From: Sandaracinaceae bacterium
Lineage (GTDB): Bacteria > Myxococcota_A > Polyangia > Polyangiales > Sandaracinaceae
Direction: 5' to 3'
DNA length: 64,000 bases
Assembly (NCBI GenBank): GCA_044220955.1
Contig: JBGAQA010000004.1
Location: 61,403 to 125,402, forward strand
Below, one piece after another: positions 27,276-36,533 of the stretch (the stretch's first letter is position 1; each line of letters opens with the position of its first letter). The position numbers were made by a program, and so were the translations under genes. The notes under the pieces were generated by a model that saw only the letters and a list, made by a program, of their open reading frames with translations, was not told where the DNA came from and did no database searches.

Positions 27276-29558
27276 ATGGCTCGACTTCACACGCGCGTTC
27301 TCGCGCTCGGAGCTCTCGGTGCGCTCGCTCTGGCGGGCTGCTCCGGGAGCGACACGCCTGCGCCCGGCACCGACGGAGGGTCGTCGATGGACTCCGGCGG
27401 CGGGATGACCGACACCGGGCTGCCACGCCCCGACACGGGGGTCGACGGAGCAGGTCCGGGGGTGGACGGCGGGTGCACCGCCGGCTCGATGCTCTGCGGT
27501 GGTGCGTGCGTCGACGTCACGACGAGCACGACGAACTGCGGCTCGTGCGGTCACGCGTGCCCGACCGGCCAGTCGTGCACCGCGGGCGCGTGCGCGTGCC
27601 CGGGCGCACAGGTGACGTGCGGGACCGCGTGCGCGGACCTCTCGACGAGCATGGCGAACTGCGGCACCTGCGGTCACGCCTGCCCTGCGGCGTCGACCTG
27701 CGTGAGCGGCGCGTGCACGTGCGCGACGGGCTCGATGCTCTGCGGAGGGGCCTGCGCCGACGTGGCGATTGACACGATGAACTGCGGCGTCTGCGGCAAC
27801 GTCTGCGGCACGGGCGCGACGTGCACCGCGGGCATGTGCTCGGCGTGTCCGAGCGGACGCACGCTTTGCAACGGGCTCTGCGTCGACGTCACGAGCGACG
27901 GCGCGCACTGCGGCACTTGCACGAACGCGTGTCCCGCGACGGCGACGTGCACCGCGGGGGCCTGCGTGTGCCCGACCGGGCAGATCGACTGCGGTGGCAC
28001 CTGCGCCGACGTGTCGTCGGACTCGGCGAACTGCGGCACCTGCGGCCACACGTGCGCCGCGGGCGCGACGTGCGTCTCGGGCGCGTGCGTGTGCCCGGCC
28101 GGGACTCCGATGATCTGCGGCGGCGGCTGCGTCGACACGCAGGTCGACACCAACAACTGCGGCTCGTGCGGCAACGCTTGTCCGTCGACGGCGACCTGCA
28201 CGGCCGGCACGTGCGTCTGCAACCCTGGCCTGGTGAACTGTGCACCGGCCGGGGCGCCGGTGTGTGCGGACCTCTCTGCCGACCCCAACCACTGCGGCAG
28301 CTGCGCGGGCGCGAACCACCAGTGCCTGACGGGCGCGACGTGCGTCTCGGGCGTCTGCCAGGCGTGCCCTGCGGCGAGCCCCGACCAGTGCGGCGGCAGC
28401 TGCGTGAACCGGCAGACGGACGAGAACAATTGCGGCGCGTGCGGCCGTGTCTGTCCGACGGGATCGACCTGCACGGCGGGCGCGTGCATGTGTCCCGCGG
28501 GCGACGTCGCGTGTCCCGGCGGCTTCGGCTCGCCGGGCGTCTGCGCGGATCTCTCGGCCGACCCGCTCCACTGCGGCACGTGCGGCACGGCATGCCCGAC
28601 GGGCGCCTCGTGTGTCTCGGGCGTCTGCCAGTGCCCTCCGGGGGACGTCGCGTGCACCGGCTTCGGGCGCAACGAGTGCGCGGACCTCTCGAGCGATCCG
28701 CGCAACTGTGGGATGTGCGGCCGGAGCTGCGCGACGGGCGCGACGTGCGTCTCCGGTGTCTGCAACTGCCCCCTGGGCCAGGTCTCGTGCGGCGGCGGCG
28801 GCGGTGGTGGCGGCGGCGTCTGCTCGGACCTCTCGAGCGATCCGCTGCACTGCGGTACGTGCGCGACGACCTGCCCGGCGGGCGACGTCTGCGTCTCGGG
28901 CGTCTGCACCTGCCCGCCCGGCAACACGATGTGCGGCGGGCGCTGCGTGAACACGATGACCGATCCCCGCGCGTGCGGCACCTGCGGCACGCAGTGCCCC
29001 GCCGGCGACACCTGCGTGGCCGGCGCGTGCACGTGCAGCGGCACCACGTGCGGCACCGGTCCGGGCGCGACGTGTGTCTCGACGATGACGTCGGGGCTCG
29101 ACTGCGGCGGCTGCAACATGCCCTGCGGCGACGCGGAGTACTGCGCCGGAGGCACGTGCAGCTGCGACCCGGGGCTCACCTCTTGCGGCGGCAACTGCAC
29201 GCACCTCACGACGGACGTGCAGAACTGCGGCAGCTGTGGTCGCACCTGTCTCGGCATGGGCCTCGGCAACCCGCGGTGCATCTCCGGCGAGTGCCGCGAC
29301 ACCACGTGCGGCGCGGTGGGCCTCACCTTCTGCAACGGCAGCTGCCTCGAGCGCGGAGCCTTCACGAGCGATCCGCTGAACTGCGGCGGATGCGGCAACG
29401 TCTGCGCGGCCGGCGAGGTCTGCGCGAACGGCATGTGCCAGGCGTACATCCAGCCCCCCTCGTGCACGACGTGCCCCTGCGCCGCGTGCGGTGCGGGCAC
29501 GCGCTGCTGCACATACGCGTCGCAGGCCATCTGCGTCGACGGCGGCAGCTGCCCCTGA
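27276..29558 (+). CDS. cysteine-rich lipoprotein, about 15 Stig1-like units plus C-terminal cap
   Basis: Lipobox LALAGCSG. 15 [NHAD]CG.C cores. Ends CTTCPCAACGAGTRCCTYASQAICVDGGSCP. AAGGAGGA lies upstream of the ATG. Confidence 0.85.
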   Translation: MARLHTRVLALGALGALALAGCSGSDTPAPGTDGGSSMDSGGGMTDTGLPRPDTGVDGAGPGVDGGCTAGSMLCGGACVDVTTSTTNCGSCGHACPTGQSCTAGACACPGAQVTCGTACADLSTSMANCGTCGHACPAASTCVSGACTCATGSMLCGGACADVAIDTMNCGVCGNVCGTGATCTAGMCSACPSGRTLCNGLCVDVTSDGAHCGTCTNACPATATCTAGACVCPTGQIDCGGTCADVSSDSANCGTCGHTCAAGATCVSGACVCPAGTPMICGGGCVDTQVDTNNCGSCGNACPSTATCTAGTCVCNPGLVNCAPAGAPVCADLSADPNHCGSCAGANHQCLTGATCVSGVCQACPAASPDQCGGSCVNRQTDENNCGACGRVCPTGSTCTAGACMCPAGDVACPGGFGSPGVCADLSADPLHCGTCGTACPTGASCVSGVCQCPPGDVACTGFGRNECADLSSDPRNCGMCGRSCATGATCVSGVCNCPLGQVSCGGGGGGGGGVCSDLSSDPLHCGTCATTCPAGDVCVSGVCTCPPGNTMCGGRCVNTMTDPRACGTCGTQCPAGDTCVAGACTCSGTTCGTGPGATCVSTMTSGLDCGGCNMPCGDAEYCAGGTCSCDPGLTSCGGNCTHLTTDVQNCGSCGRTCLGMGLGNPRCISGECRDTTCGAVGLTFCNGSCLERGAFTSDPLNCGGCGNVCAAGEVCANGMCQAYIQPPSCTTCPCAACGAGTRCCTYASQAICVDGGSCP
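27474..29555 (+). repeat. in-frame tandem array of Stig1-like Cys units (coding)
   Basis: Periodic Cys pattern. Shares a 24-nt identical segment (27656-27679) with the neighbouring gene (26369-26392). Confidence 0.8.
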
Positions 29559-29582
29559 GCTCGGCCCGCCGAAGGGCGGGCC

Positions 29583-30407
29583 GTGGACGATCGCCCGCGC
29601 CGCGCGCACAGTCGTCTCGACGTGGACACGGACGGGCTCGGCTTCGTGATGCTCTTCCTCGGCGCGGTGACGGCGCTGCCGACCCTCGTGCTCCTCTACT
29701 TCACGCTGACGGACGACGGCGCCCTCGCTCGGTTCCACGCCACGCCGCGCCAGCCCATCCGAGGCGCGCGGTCCGGCGACGCGCTCAAGATCGCCGGCGT
29801 CGCCGCTGCGCTCGAGCCGCTCGTCGGGCCCTTCACGGGCCGTGACGCGGTCTGGTACGCCCTCGTGGTGACGGAGACGGAGCGCTCGTTCGACGGAACG
29901 CACCTGCGCGAGCGCGTCACGCGCCATCTCGCGGAGCAGAGCCGCGCGCCCTTCGTGGTCACGGACGACTCGGGAACGTCGGCGCGCATCGTGGTGGACG
30001 GCGAGGAGCTGCTGCCGAACGTCACCAGCGAGACGTTCGAGCCCCCGCTCCCCGCGCGCGTGCGGCAGGCACTCGAGGCCCGGGGCATCCCGACGCGCGC
30101 GAAGGGCGGCGAGCCGAGGCACCTCGTCTGCATCGAGCGCGCGATCGCGCCGGCAGACCCCGTGGTCGCGATCGGTCCGGCGCGGCGCGTGACGAGCGGG
30201 AGCGGCGAGGCGACGAGCTACCGCGACGCCCCGACCGAGCTCGTCCTCGGCGAGCGCGCCGCGTCCGGAGCGCGCATGTTCGTGCTGACGAACCGCCCCG
30301 AGCGGGAGCTCGGCGCGGGCGAGCGTCGCTTGACCCAGATCACCTGGGCGCTCGCCGCCTCCACGCTCGCGCTGCTCGGCGGCGGCGCGTGGCTCTTCTT
30401 CGGGTGA
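29583..30407 (+). CDS. membrane protein with N- and C-terminal TM helices, function unknown
   Basis: Hydrophobic MLFLGAVTALPTLVLLYF and ITWALAASTLALLGGGAWLFF flank a soluble domain. Starts 24 nt after the Cys-rich gene. Confidence 0.6.
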   Translation: MDDRPRRAHSRLDVDTDGLGFVMLFLGAVTALPTLVLLYFTLTDDGALARFHATPRQPIRGARSGDALKIAGVAAALEPLVGPFTGRDAVWYALVVTETERSFDGTHLRERVTRHLAEQSRAPFVVTDDSGTSARIVVDGEELLPNVTSETFEPPLPARVRQALEARGIPTRAKGGEPRHLVCIERAIAPADPVVAIGPARRVTSGSGEATSYRDAPTELVLGERAASGARMFVLTNRPERELGAGERRLTQITWALAASTLALLGGGAWLFFG

Positions 30408-30495
30408 CGCAGCCGCTTTCTTCGTTGCGCCCCGCGGAGCGCCCGGATAGCGTGCCCCCCCGACCGCGCCGGTTTTTCGCGCGGGGGAGTGATCG

Positions 30496-31326
30496 ATGGC
30501 CGAAGCCGTTGCCGGAGGCAGCGCAGGGGACAAGCCCCGCAGGCGCCGCCTGCGCGTGTACATGGAGACCCGCCGCAAGGACACGTGGTGGGCGCCGCAG
30601 CTCCTGACCTTCGTGGTCTTCACGTCGTTCATCGTCTACGCGACGTGGGCCGCCTTCCAGGGCGAGTACTACACGAGCGGGCCCTACCTCTCGCCGTTCT
30701 ACGCGCCCGAGCTCTGGGGCACCTCGCACCACGCGTGGTTCGGGCCGCCGCCGGACTGGATCCCCGCCTGGATCCCCTTCACGCCCGCGCTCCTGATCCT
30801 CCCGTTCCCCGGGGGCTTCCGCTTCACCTGCTACTACTACCGCGGCGCCTACTACAAGGCGTTCTGGCAGGACCCGCCGAGCTGCGCCGTCGGCGAGGCG
30901 CGCGGCAAGAGCTTCTGGGGCGAGAACTCGCTCCCGCTGATCCTGCAGAACGTGCACCGCTACTTCATGTACGCGGCCGTCGTGTTCATCTTCTTGCTGA
31001 GCTACGACGTGTGGCTCGCGATGTGGTTCCCGGACGCGGCGGGCGTCGAGCACTTCGGCATCGGCGTCGGCACCATCATCATGTTCGTCAACGTGTGCCT
31101 GCTCGCCAGCTACACGTTCGGCTGCCACTCGCTCCGGCACCTCATCGGCGGCGGCAAGGACGCGCTCCCGAAGGGAGGCCTCGGTGCCGCTTGCTACGAC
31201 GGCTGCTCCAAGCTCAACACCAAGCACCAGCTCTTCGCCTGGTGCTCTCTCTTTTCCGTCGCGCTGACGGACGTCTACATCCGCCTCTGCTCGATGGGCA
31301 TCATCACCGACTTCAGGATCATCTGA
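30496..31326 (+). CDS. sdhC: succinate dehydrogenase/fumarate reductase cytochrome b subunit (b558-type)
   Basis: Five hydrophobic helices with conserved His (SHHAWFG, QNVHRYF, GCHSLRH). Lies directly upstream of sdhA with a TGATG junction. Confidence 0.8.
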   Translation: MAEAVAGGSAGDKPRRRRLRVYMETRRKDTWWAPQLLTFVVFTSFIVYATWAAFQGEYYTSGPYLSPFYAPELWGTSHHAWFGPPPDWIPAWIPFTPALLILPFPGGFRFTCYYYRGAYYKAFWQDPPSCAVGEARGKSFWGENSLPLILQNVHRYFMYAAVVFIFLLSYDVWLAMWFPDAAGVEHFGIGVGTIIMFVNVCLLASYTFGCHSLRHLIGGGKDALPKGGLGAACYDGCSKLNTKHQLFAWCSLFSVALTDVYIRLCSMGIITDFRII

Positions 31327-33140
31327 TGGCTACGGAGTACCAGACACACGAGCACGACGTGATCGTGCTCGGAGCCGGCGGCGCGGGTCTGCGCGCGGCG
31401 ATCGAAGCTTCGGCAGTCGGCGTCCGCGTCGCCGTCCTCACCAAGTCGCTGCTCGGCAAGGCGCACACCGTCATGGCCGAGGGCGGCATGGCGGCGGCGA
31501 TGGGCAACGTGGACGACCGCGACAACTGGAAGGTGCACTTCGCCGACACGATGCGTGGCGGGCAGTACCTGAACCAGTGGCGCATGGCCGAGCTCCACGC
31601 GAAGGAGGCGCCCGAGCGCGTCAAGGAGCTCGAGGCGTGGGGAGCCGTCTTCGATCGCACCAAGGACGGCCGCATCCTCCAGCGCAACTTCGGCGGGCAC
31701 CGCTATCCGCGCCTCGCGCACGTCGGCGACCGCACGGGCCTCGAGCTGATCCGCACGCTGCAGGACCACGGCGTCCACAAGGGCATCGACTTCTTCATGG
31801 AGGTCACGGCCGTCCGCCTGCTGAAGGACGGGGACCGCGTCGCGGGCGTGTTCGCGTATGACCGCGAGCGCGGACGCTTCCGCGTCTTCAAGGCCAAGGC
31901 CGTCGTCCTCGCCACGGGCGGTATCGGCCGCGCCTACAAGATCACCAGCAACAGCTGGGAGTACACCGGCGACGGTCAGTCGCTCGCGTACCACGCGGGC
32001 GCGACGCTGATGGACATGGAGTTCGTCCAGTTCCACCCGACGGGCATGGTGTGGCCGCCGAGCGTGCGCGGCATCCTCGTGACCGAAGGCGTGCGGGGCG
32101 AGGGCGGCGTCCTCCGGAACAAGGAGGGCAAGCGCTTCATGTTCGACGACATCCCCGAGAACTACAAGTCGAGCACGTCCGACAACGAGGAAGAGGGCTG
32201 GCGCTACGTCACCGGCGACAAGGGCGCGCGCCGCCCGCCCGAGCTGCTCACGCGCGACCACGTCGCGCGCTGCATCCGCCGCGAGGTGAAGGCGGGACGA
32301 GGGTCGCCGCACGGCGGCGTGTTCCTCGACATCGCGTGGATCAAGGAGAAGGTCCCGAACGCGCCCGAGCACATCAAGCGCAAGCTGCCCAGCATGTACC
32401 ACCAGTTCATGCAGCTCGCGGGCGTCGACATCACCAAGGAGGCGATGGAGGTCGGCCCGACGACGCACTACATCATGGGCGGTGTGCAGGTGGACTCGGA
32501 CACGCAGATGTCCGCGGTGCCGGGCCTCTTCGCGGCGGGCGAGGTCGGCGCCGGGCTGCACGGCGCGAACCGCCTGGGCGGCAACTCGCTCTCGGACCTC
32601 ATCGTCTTCGGCAAGCGCGCGGGCGAGTACGCCGCGAAGTACGCGAAGGACAACGCGGACGTCTCGGTGGCGAGCGATCAGATCGACGAGATCGCCAAGC
32701 TCGCGCTCGCGCCCTTCGAGCGGGACGCGAAGGAAGGCCCCTACGACGTCCAGTACGCGCTGCAGGACATGATGCAGGACCTCGTCGGCATCGTCCGCGT
32801 CGAGGACGAGATGAAGAAGGCGCTCGAGGGCCTCGAGGAGCTGAAGGCGCGCGCGGTGAAGGTCGGCGTGCACGGCAACCGCGAGTACAACCCCGGCTGG
32901 CACACGGCGCTCGACCTCGACAACCTGCTCACGGTCAGCGAGGCGATCACGCGCGCTGCGATCGAGCGCAAGGAGTCGCGCGGCGGCCACTTCCGCGACG
33001 ACTACCCGGAGAAGGCCGCCGAGTTCTCGAAGTTCAACGTCGTGATCAAGAAGGGCAAGGGCGGCGAGATGGAGGTCTCGCGCCAGAACCTCACTCCGAT
33101 GCGTGATGACCTCGCCAAGGTCATCGAGGAGAACAAGTAG
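31326..33140 (+). CDS. sdhA: succinate dehydrogenase/fumarate reductase flavoprotein subunit
   Basis: DVIVLGAGGAGLRAA FAD fold. Covalent-FAD His context KAHTVMAEGG. Also FHPTG, EGVRGEGG and HGANRLGGNSL blocks. Confidence 0.95.
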   Translation: MATEYQTHEHDVIVLGAGGAGLRAAIEASAVGVRVAVLTKSLLGKAHTVMAEGGMAAAMGNVDDRDNWKVHFADTMRGGQYLNQWRMAELHAKEAPERVKELEAWGAVFDRTKDGRILQRNFGGHRYPRLAHVGDRTGLELIRTLQDHGVHKGIDFFMEVTAVRLLKDGDRVAGVFAYDRERGRFRVFKAKAVVLATGGIGRAYKITSNSWEYTGDGQSLAYHAGATLMDMEFVQFHPTGMVWPPSVRGILVTEGVRGEGGVLRNKEGKRFMFDDIPENYKSSTSDNEEEGWRYVTGDKGARRPPELLTRDHVARCIRREVKAGRGSPHGGVFLDIAWIKEKVPNAPEHIKRKLPSMYHQFMQLAGVDITKEAMEVGPTTHYIMGGVQVDSDTQMSAVPGLFAAGEVGAGLHGANRLGGNSLSDLIVFGKRAGEYAAKYAKDNADVSVASDQIDEIAKLALAPFERDAKEGPYDVQYALQDMMQDLVGIVRVEDEMKKALEGLEELKARAVKVGVHGNREYNPGWHTALDLDNLLTVSEAITRAAIERKESRGGHFRDDYPEKAAEFSKFNVVIKKGKGGEMEVSRQNLTPMRDDLAKVIEENK

Positions 33141-33896
33141 ATGGCCGGCAAGGTCACGCTCAAGATCTGGCGCGGCGGCGTCGACGGCGAGTTCAAGGAG
33201 TACACGGTCGACGCGGACGACGGCATGGTCGTCCTCGACGTCGTGCACAAGGTCCAGGCCGAGCAGGCCAACGACCTCGCGGTGCGCTGGAATTGCAAGG
33301 CCGGCAAGTGCGGCAGCTGCTCGGCCGAGATCAACGGCATGCCGCGCCTCATGTGCATGACGCGCCTGGACACCATCGACACGACGCAGCCGATCACCGT
33401 CGAGCCGATCGCGAGCTTCCCGCTCGTCCGGGATCTCGTGACCGACGTGTCGTGGAACTACGAGGCGAAGAAGAAGATCAAGCCGTTCAAGCCGCGCAAG
33501 CCGGACGCGGAGGACGGCACGTGGCGGATGGACCAGCGCGACGTCGATCGCGTCCAGGAATTCCGCAAGTGCATCGAGTGCTACCTCTGCCAGAACGTGT
33601 GTCACGTCATCCGCGACCACGACAAGCACGTCGAAGGGAAGGACGGAGTCGGATTCGTCGGGCCCCGCTACTTCGTGTACGCCGCGGCGCTCGAGATGCA
33701 TCCGCTCGACACCGAGGACCGCGAGCCCGACCTCAAGGAAGCGCACGCCATCGGCTACTGCAACATCACGAAGTGCTGCACGGTCGTGTGTCCCGAGCAC
33801 ATCACGATCACCGACAACGCGATCATCCCGCTCAAGGAGCGGGTCGCGGACCGGTTCTACGATCCGATCCGGCGCATGTTCCGCATCGTGAGGTGA
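33141..33896 (+). CDS. sdhB: succinate dehydrogenase/fumarate reductase iron-sulfur subunit
   Basis: 2Fe-2S CKAGKCGSCSAEINGMPRLMC. 4Fe-4S/3Fe-4S cysteine groups CIECYLCQNVC and CNITKCCTVVCP. Confidence 0.95.
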   Translation: MAGKVTLKIWRGGVDGEFKEYTVDADDGMVVLDVVHKVQAEQANDLAVRWNCKAGKCGSCSAEINGMPRLMCMTRLDTIDTTQPITVEPIASFPLVRDLVTDVSWNYEAKKKIKPFKPRKPDAEDGTWRMDQRDVDRVQEFRKCIECYLCQNVCHVIRDHDKHVEGKDGVGFVGPRYFVYAAALEMHPLDTEDREPDLKEAHAIGYCNITKCCTVVCPEHITITDNAIIPLKERVADRFYDPIRRMFRIVR

Positions 33897-33905
33897 CGAG
33901 AAATT

Positions 33906-33930
33906 CCCTCTCCCACTTCGTGGGAGAGGG
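33906..33930 (+). terminator. perfect 11-bp stem hairpin 10 nt after the sdhB stop
   Basis: CCCTCTCCCAC-ttc-GTGGGAGAGGG followed by TT. Verified base by base. No long U tract. Confidence 0.6.
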
Positions 33931-33955
33931 TTAGGGTGAGCCTGGGGAGGCACGA

Positions 33956-34462
33956 ATGGCTCGTCATCACCTGAAGTCGATCGCGAAGGAGTCGGTCCCG
34001 CGGGCGCTCGAGAAGGCGGAGCGTTACCGCTTGCTGAACGAGCCCTTCCTCGCCGAGAGCATCTGCCTCGACATCCTCGCGATCGAGCCGGAGAACGAGG
34101 CGGCGCTCGTCTGCTACGTGCTCTCGCTCACCGACCAGTTCGGCGCGGGCCCAGGCGGGAGCGTGAAGAAGGCGCGCGCCGCGGTCGCCAAGCTGAGGAC
34201 CGAGTACCAGCGGCACTACTACTCGGGTCTCATCTGCGAGCGCCGCGGTCAGGCCTACGCCGAGAGCAACGCGATGGGATCGCGCGACGCCGCCTGGGAT
34301 TACATCGCGGAGGCGATGGAGTGCTACGAGCGGGCGGCCGCGGACACGCACGAGAAGGGCAACGACGACCCGATCCTGCGGTGGAACACCTGCGTCCGGC
34401 TCATCGAGGCCCACGGCCTGGTCGAGCCCAGCGTCGAGCGCAGCGAGCACCCGCTCGAGTAG
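33956..34462 (+). CDS. conserved hypothetical helical (TPR-like) protein
   Basis: Balanced composition and high GC3. No family recognised. Confidence 0.7.
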   Translation: MARHHLKSIAKESVPRALEKAERYRLLNEPFLAESICLDILAIEPENEAALVCYVLSLTDQFGAGPGGSVKKARAAVAKLRTEYQRHYYSGLICERRGQAYAESNAMGSRDAAWDYIAEAMECYERAAADTHEKGNDDPILRWNTCVRLIEAHGLVEPSVERSEHPLE

Positions 34463-34483
34463 CCGAGCGTCGGGCCTCGGGAG

Positions 34484-35284
34484 ATGGTGTTCGATCCCTT
34501 CTCGGCGTCTCCGGGCAAGCGTGCCGTGGAGCGCGCGTGGCTCGCGTACACCCCCGTCTGGGGCGCGATCACGGGCGTGATCATGCTCGGGGGCTTCGCC
34601 GAGACGTGGGGCGACGTGCCGCTCCTCGTCTTCGGAGTCGTCCTCGCGCTCGGCTGCGTCGCGGCGCCGCTCGTGCGCTCGCGCGAGCCTGCAGTGCTCC
34701 GCGCCTGGGCGGCGATGACGCTCGCCGCCGTCGTGCTCGCGTTCGGGCTCAACCTCCTGCAGACGCCCTACTTCTTCGACGTGCTGCACATGCGCTACGG
34801 GTTCCACGCGAGCTGGCGGATCGATCGCAACCCGGTGTTCCTGTACCTCGTCACGATCCCCTACTTCGCGACGTACTCGGTGCTGGCGTGCATGGCGGTG
34901 CGCGCCGCGAGGCACTTCGCACCGGCGGCCGTGCGCGCGCTCGCGATCGCACTCGTGCCCTTCGCGCTCGCGTTCCTCGAGACGCTCCTCAACGCGAACC
35001 CGCTGATGACGCGCCTCTTCTGCTACGACGACCTGCTCCTGATGCTCTGGTTCGGGACGCTCTCCTACGGAGTCTCGTTCGTGCTCGCGCTGCCGATGTG
35101 GCTGGAGCTCGCGGAGCCTGGCGGCCGGCTCTCGTCGATCGCGCGCGCGCTCGTCGTGGCGCTCGCCGTCGTGGTCGCCGACGCGCTCGTCCTGGCCGCG
35201 GTGCGCGGGACCCTCGCGCCGCGCGTCACCACGGTGGTCGACGATGCGAGCGGCGGCGTCGGCGGGTGCCTCGAGGCGCCGTGA
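34484..35284 (+). CDS. multi-pass membrane protein resembling cycloeucalenol cycloisomerase (CPI1 family), tentative
   Basis: Blocks KR..E.....YTPVW, TPYFFDVLHMRYGFHASWRIDRNPV, FLETLLNANP and SYGVSFVLALPMW parallel the plant CPI1 blocks as I recall them (KRWGE..YTPFW, THYFFKVLGASYTFPSWKMNNVP, YLETIAIANFP, YFIVSFPMF). Confidence 0.45.
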   Translation: MVFDPFSASPGKRAVERAWLAYTPVWGAITGVIMLGGFAETWGDVPLLVFGVVLALGCVAAPLVRSREPAVLRAWAAMTLAAVVLAFGLNLLQTPYFFDVLHMRYGFHASWRIDRNPVFLYLVTIPYFATYSVLACMAVRAARHFAPAAVRALAIALVPFALAFLETLLNANPLMTRLFCYDDLLLMLWFGTLSYGVSFVLALPMWLELAEPGGRLSSIARALVVALAVVVADALVLAAVRGTLAPRVTTVVDDASGGVGGCLEAP

Positions 35285-35318
35285 CCCGGACGCGCTGGGC
35301 GCGTACTCTCCCGACGAG

Positions 35319-36527
35319 ATGAGCGCCACCGACGGGCGTCCGAGGCGCGGCTCGCGGCTGGCGCTGGGTGGCGTGATGCTGGCCCTGCTCGGGACCCTCG
35401 CCTGGCTCGTGCTCGTGTTCGTCCCCGAGCGTCGCCTCGCGCGCGCGCTCGAGCGCATCGAGGTGGCCGAGCGGGAGCTCGAGCGGCCGGTCGACCGCCC
35501 GGCGATCGGCGGCGAGCCGCGTGACTGCGAGTCGAGCGCGACGCTCGCGGCGCCGGCCCTCGCGATCGAGGCGCATGCGTCGATCTCGGACGTCGACCGG
35601 CCGCGCGACATCGCGTACCCGCCGCACCCGTATCACGGCCTCCCCGACCTCGGGACGACGCCGCCGCCGGACGACCCGTACGAGGCGCTCGCGTGGGCGC
35701 GCCCCGACCGTGACGATGCGCTCGCGTTCCTCGACGCGGCGCGCTGCTCGCGAGCGGCTCGCGCGGTCCGCGGCGCCGATGGGCACCTCACCCATCCCGC
35801 GTCCCGCAGCGCGATGGTCGCGCTGGCGAACCTCCGCGGCGAGCCGGCCGCGTGTCTGCGCGCGACGGCGGCGATCGTGCGGCTGCTCGAGGACGTGGCG
35901 CCCAGCGACGATGTCTTCGGCGAGCGCAGCTACGCCGAGCCCACGATCGAGCTCGCGACGAGCGTCGGTCTGGCGTGCGCGCGCGAGGCACCCGCGGAGC
36001 TCGCCGTGTCCGTCGCCCGCGCGCTGCGCGAGCTGGACGCAGGGACGCTCGACGGATGGATCGCGGACGGGATGCGCGCCGAGCTCGTGACGATGGCGCG
36101 CTCGATGCTCGAGGGAGATCGAGGTGGGTCGGTGTGGCGCTGGCTCCATCGCGTGCAGGACGAGCGCTTCGTCGAGGCCGAGCTCGACGCGGCCGATCGC
36201 TGGGCCGCGATCCGGTCCCACCCCGAGCGCGAGCGGATCGCGGCGCTGTCGGCCCCGGCCTACCACGTGTCTCCGGCCGTCGATGCGCGTGCGCTGACGG
36301 CGCGCCGCGCGCGCGTGCGCGCCTACGTGATCGCGCTCGAGGCGCTCGCGGCCGCTCCGCCGGGCGAGGCGCCCGTGCCCGTGCCGGCCGCGATCGATCT
36401 CGTCGATCCGCTCGGCGGCACGCCGCTCGGGGCGCGCACCGCAGACGACGGTGCGCTCGAGGTCTTCCGCGCTGGAGCTGCGGGCGCCGAGCCCGAGGTG
36501 CTCGTGCGCGCGCTTGCGCGCCGCTGA
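35319..36527 (+). CDS. membrane-anchored hypothetical protein
   Basis: ATG 35319. N-terminal TM helix LALGGVMLALLGTLAWLVLVFV. High GC3. Confidence 0.6.
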   Translation: MSATDGRPRRGSRLALGGVMLALLGTLAWLVLVFVPERRLARALERIEVAERELERPVDRPAIGGEPRDCESSATLAAPALAIEAHASISDVDRPRDIAYPPHPYHGLPDLGTTPPPDDPYEALAWARPDRDDALAFLDAARCSRAARAVRGADGHLTHPASRSAMVALANLRGEPAACLRATAAIVRLLEDVAPSDDVFGERSYAEPTIELATSVGLACAREAPAELAVSVARALRELDAGTLDGWIADGMRAELVTMARSMLEGDRGGSVWRWLHRVQDERFVEAELDAADRWAAIRSHPERERIAALSAPAYHVSPAVDARALTARRARVRAYVIALEALAAAPPGEAPVPVPAAIDLVDPLGGTPLGARTADDGALEVFRAGAAGAEPEVLVRALARR

Positions 36528-36533
36528 GTGCGC

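Noticed and set aside
25900-29560. Regularly spaced DNA repeats of about 100 nt that could be mistaken for a CRISPR-like array.
   Set aside because: The repeats are imperfect, in frame and coding (Cys-rich protein units). There are no invariant direct repeats with unique spacers, and no cas genes.
27674-29629. Minus-strand ORFs with a striking periodic translation (...PQ.PQ[FC].GS.E.S.Q.PP...) opposite the Cys-repeat genes. The same pattern appears at 24683-26380.
   Set aside because: The periodicity is the mirror image of the sense-strand Stig1-like repeats (NCGxCG read in reverse complement). The sense frames have lipoboxes, SD sites and a coherent Cys pattern. The antisense frames have none of these.
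24771-30632. 1953-aa minus-strand ORF. Similar giant ORFs occur at 55484-61669 (minus), 22986-27155 (plus), 7389-10118 (plus) and 7609-9849 (minus).
   Set aside because: At 72% GC, stop codons are rare in every frame. Only the 3' parts of the first two are plausible genes: 24771-25520 and 55484-57340, each with a lipobox start. The rest translate to R/A/G/P-rich sequence and run antisense or out of frame to genes with clear domains.
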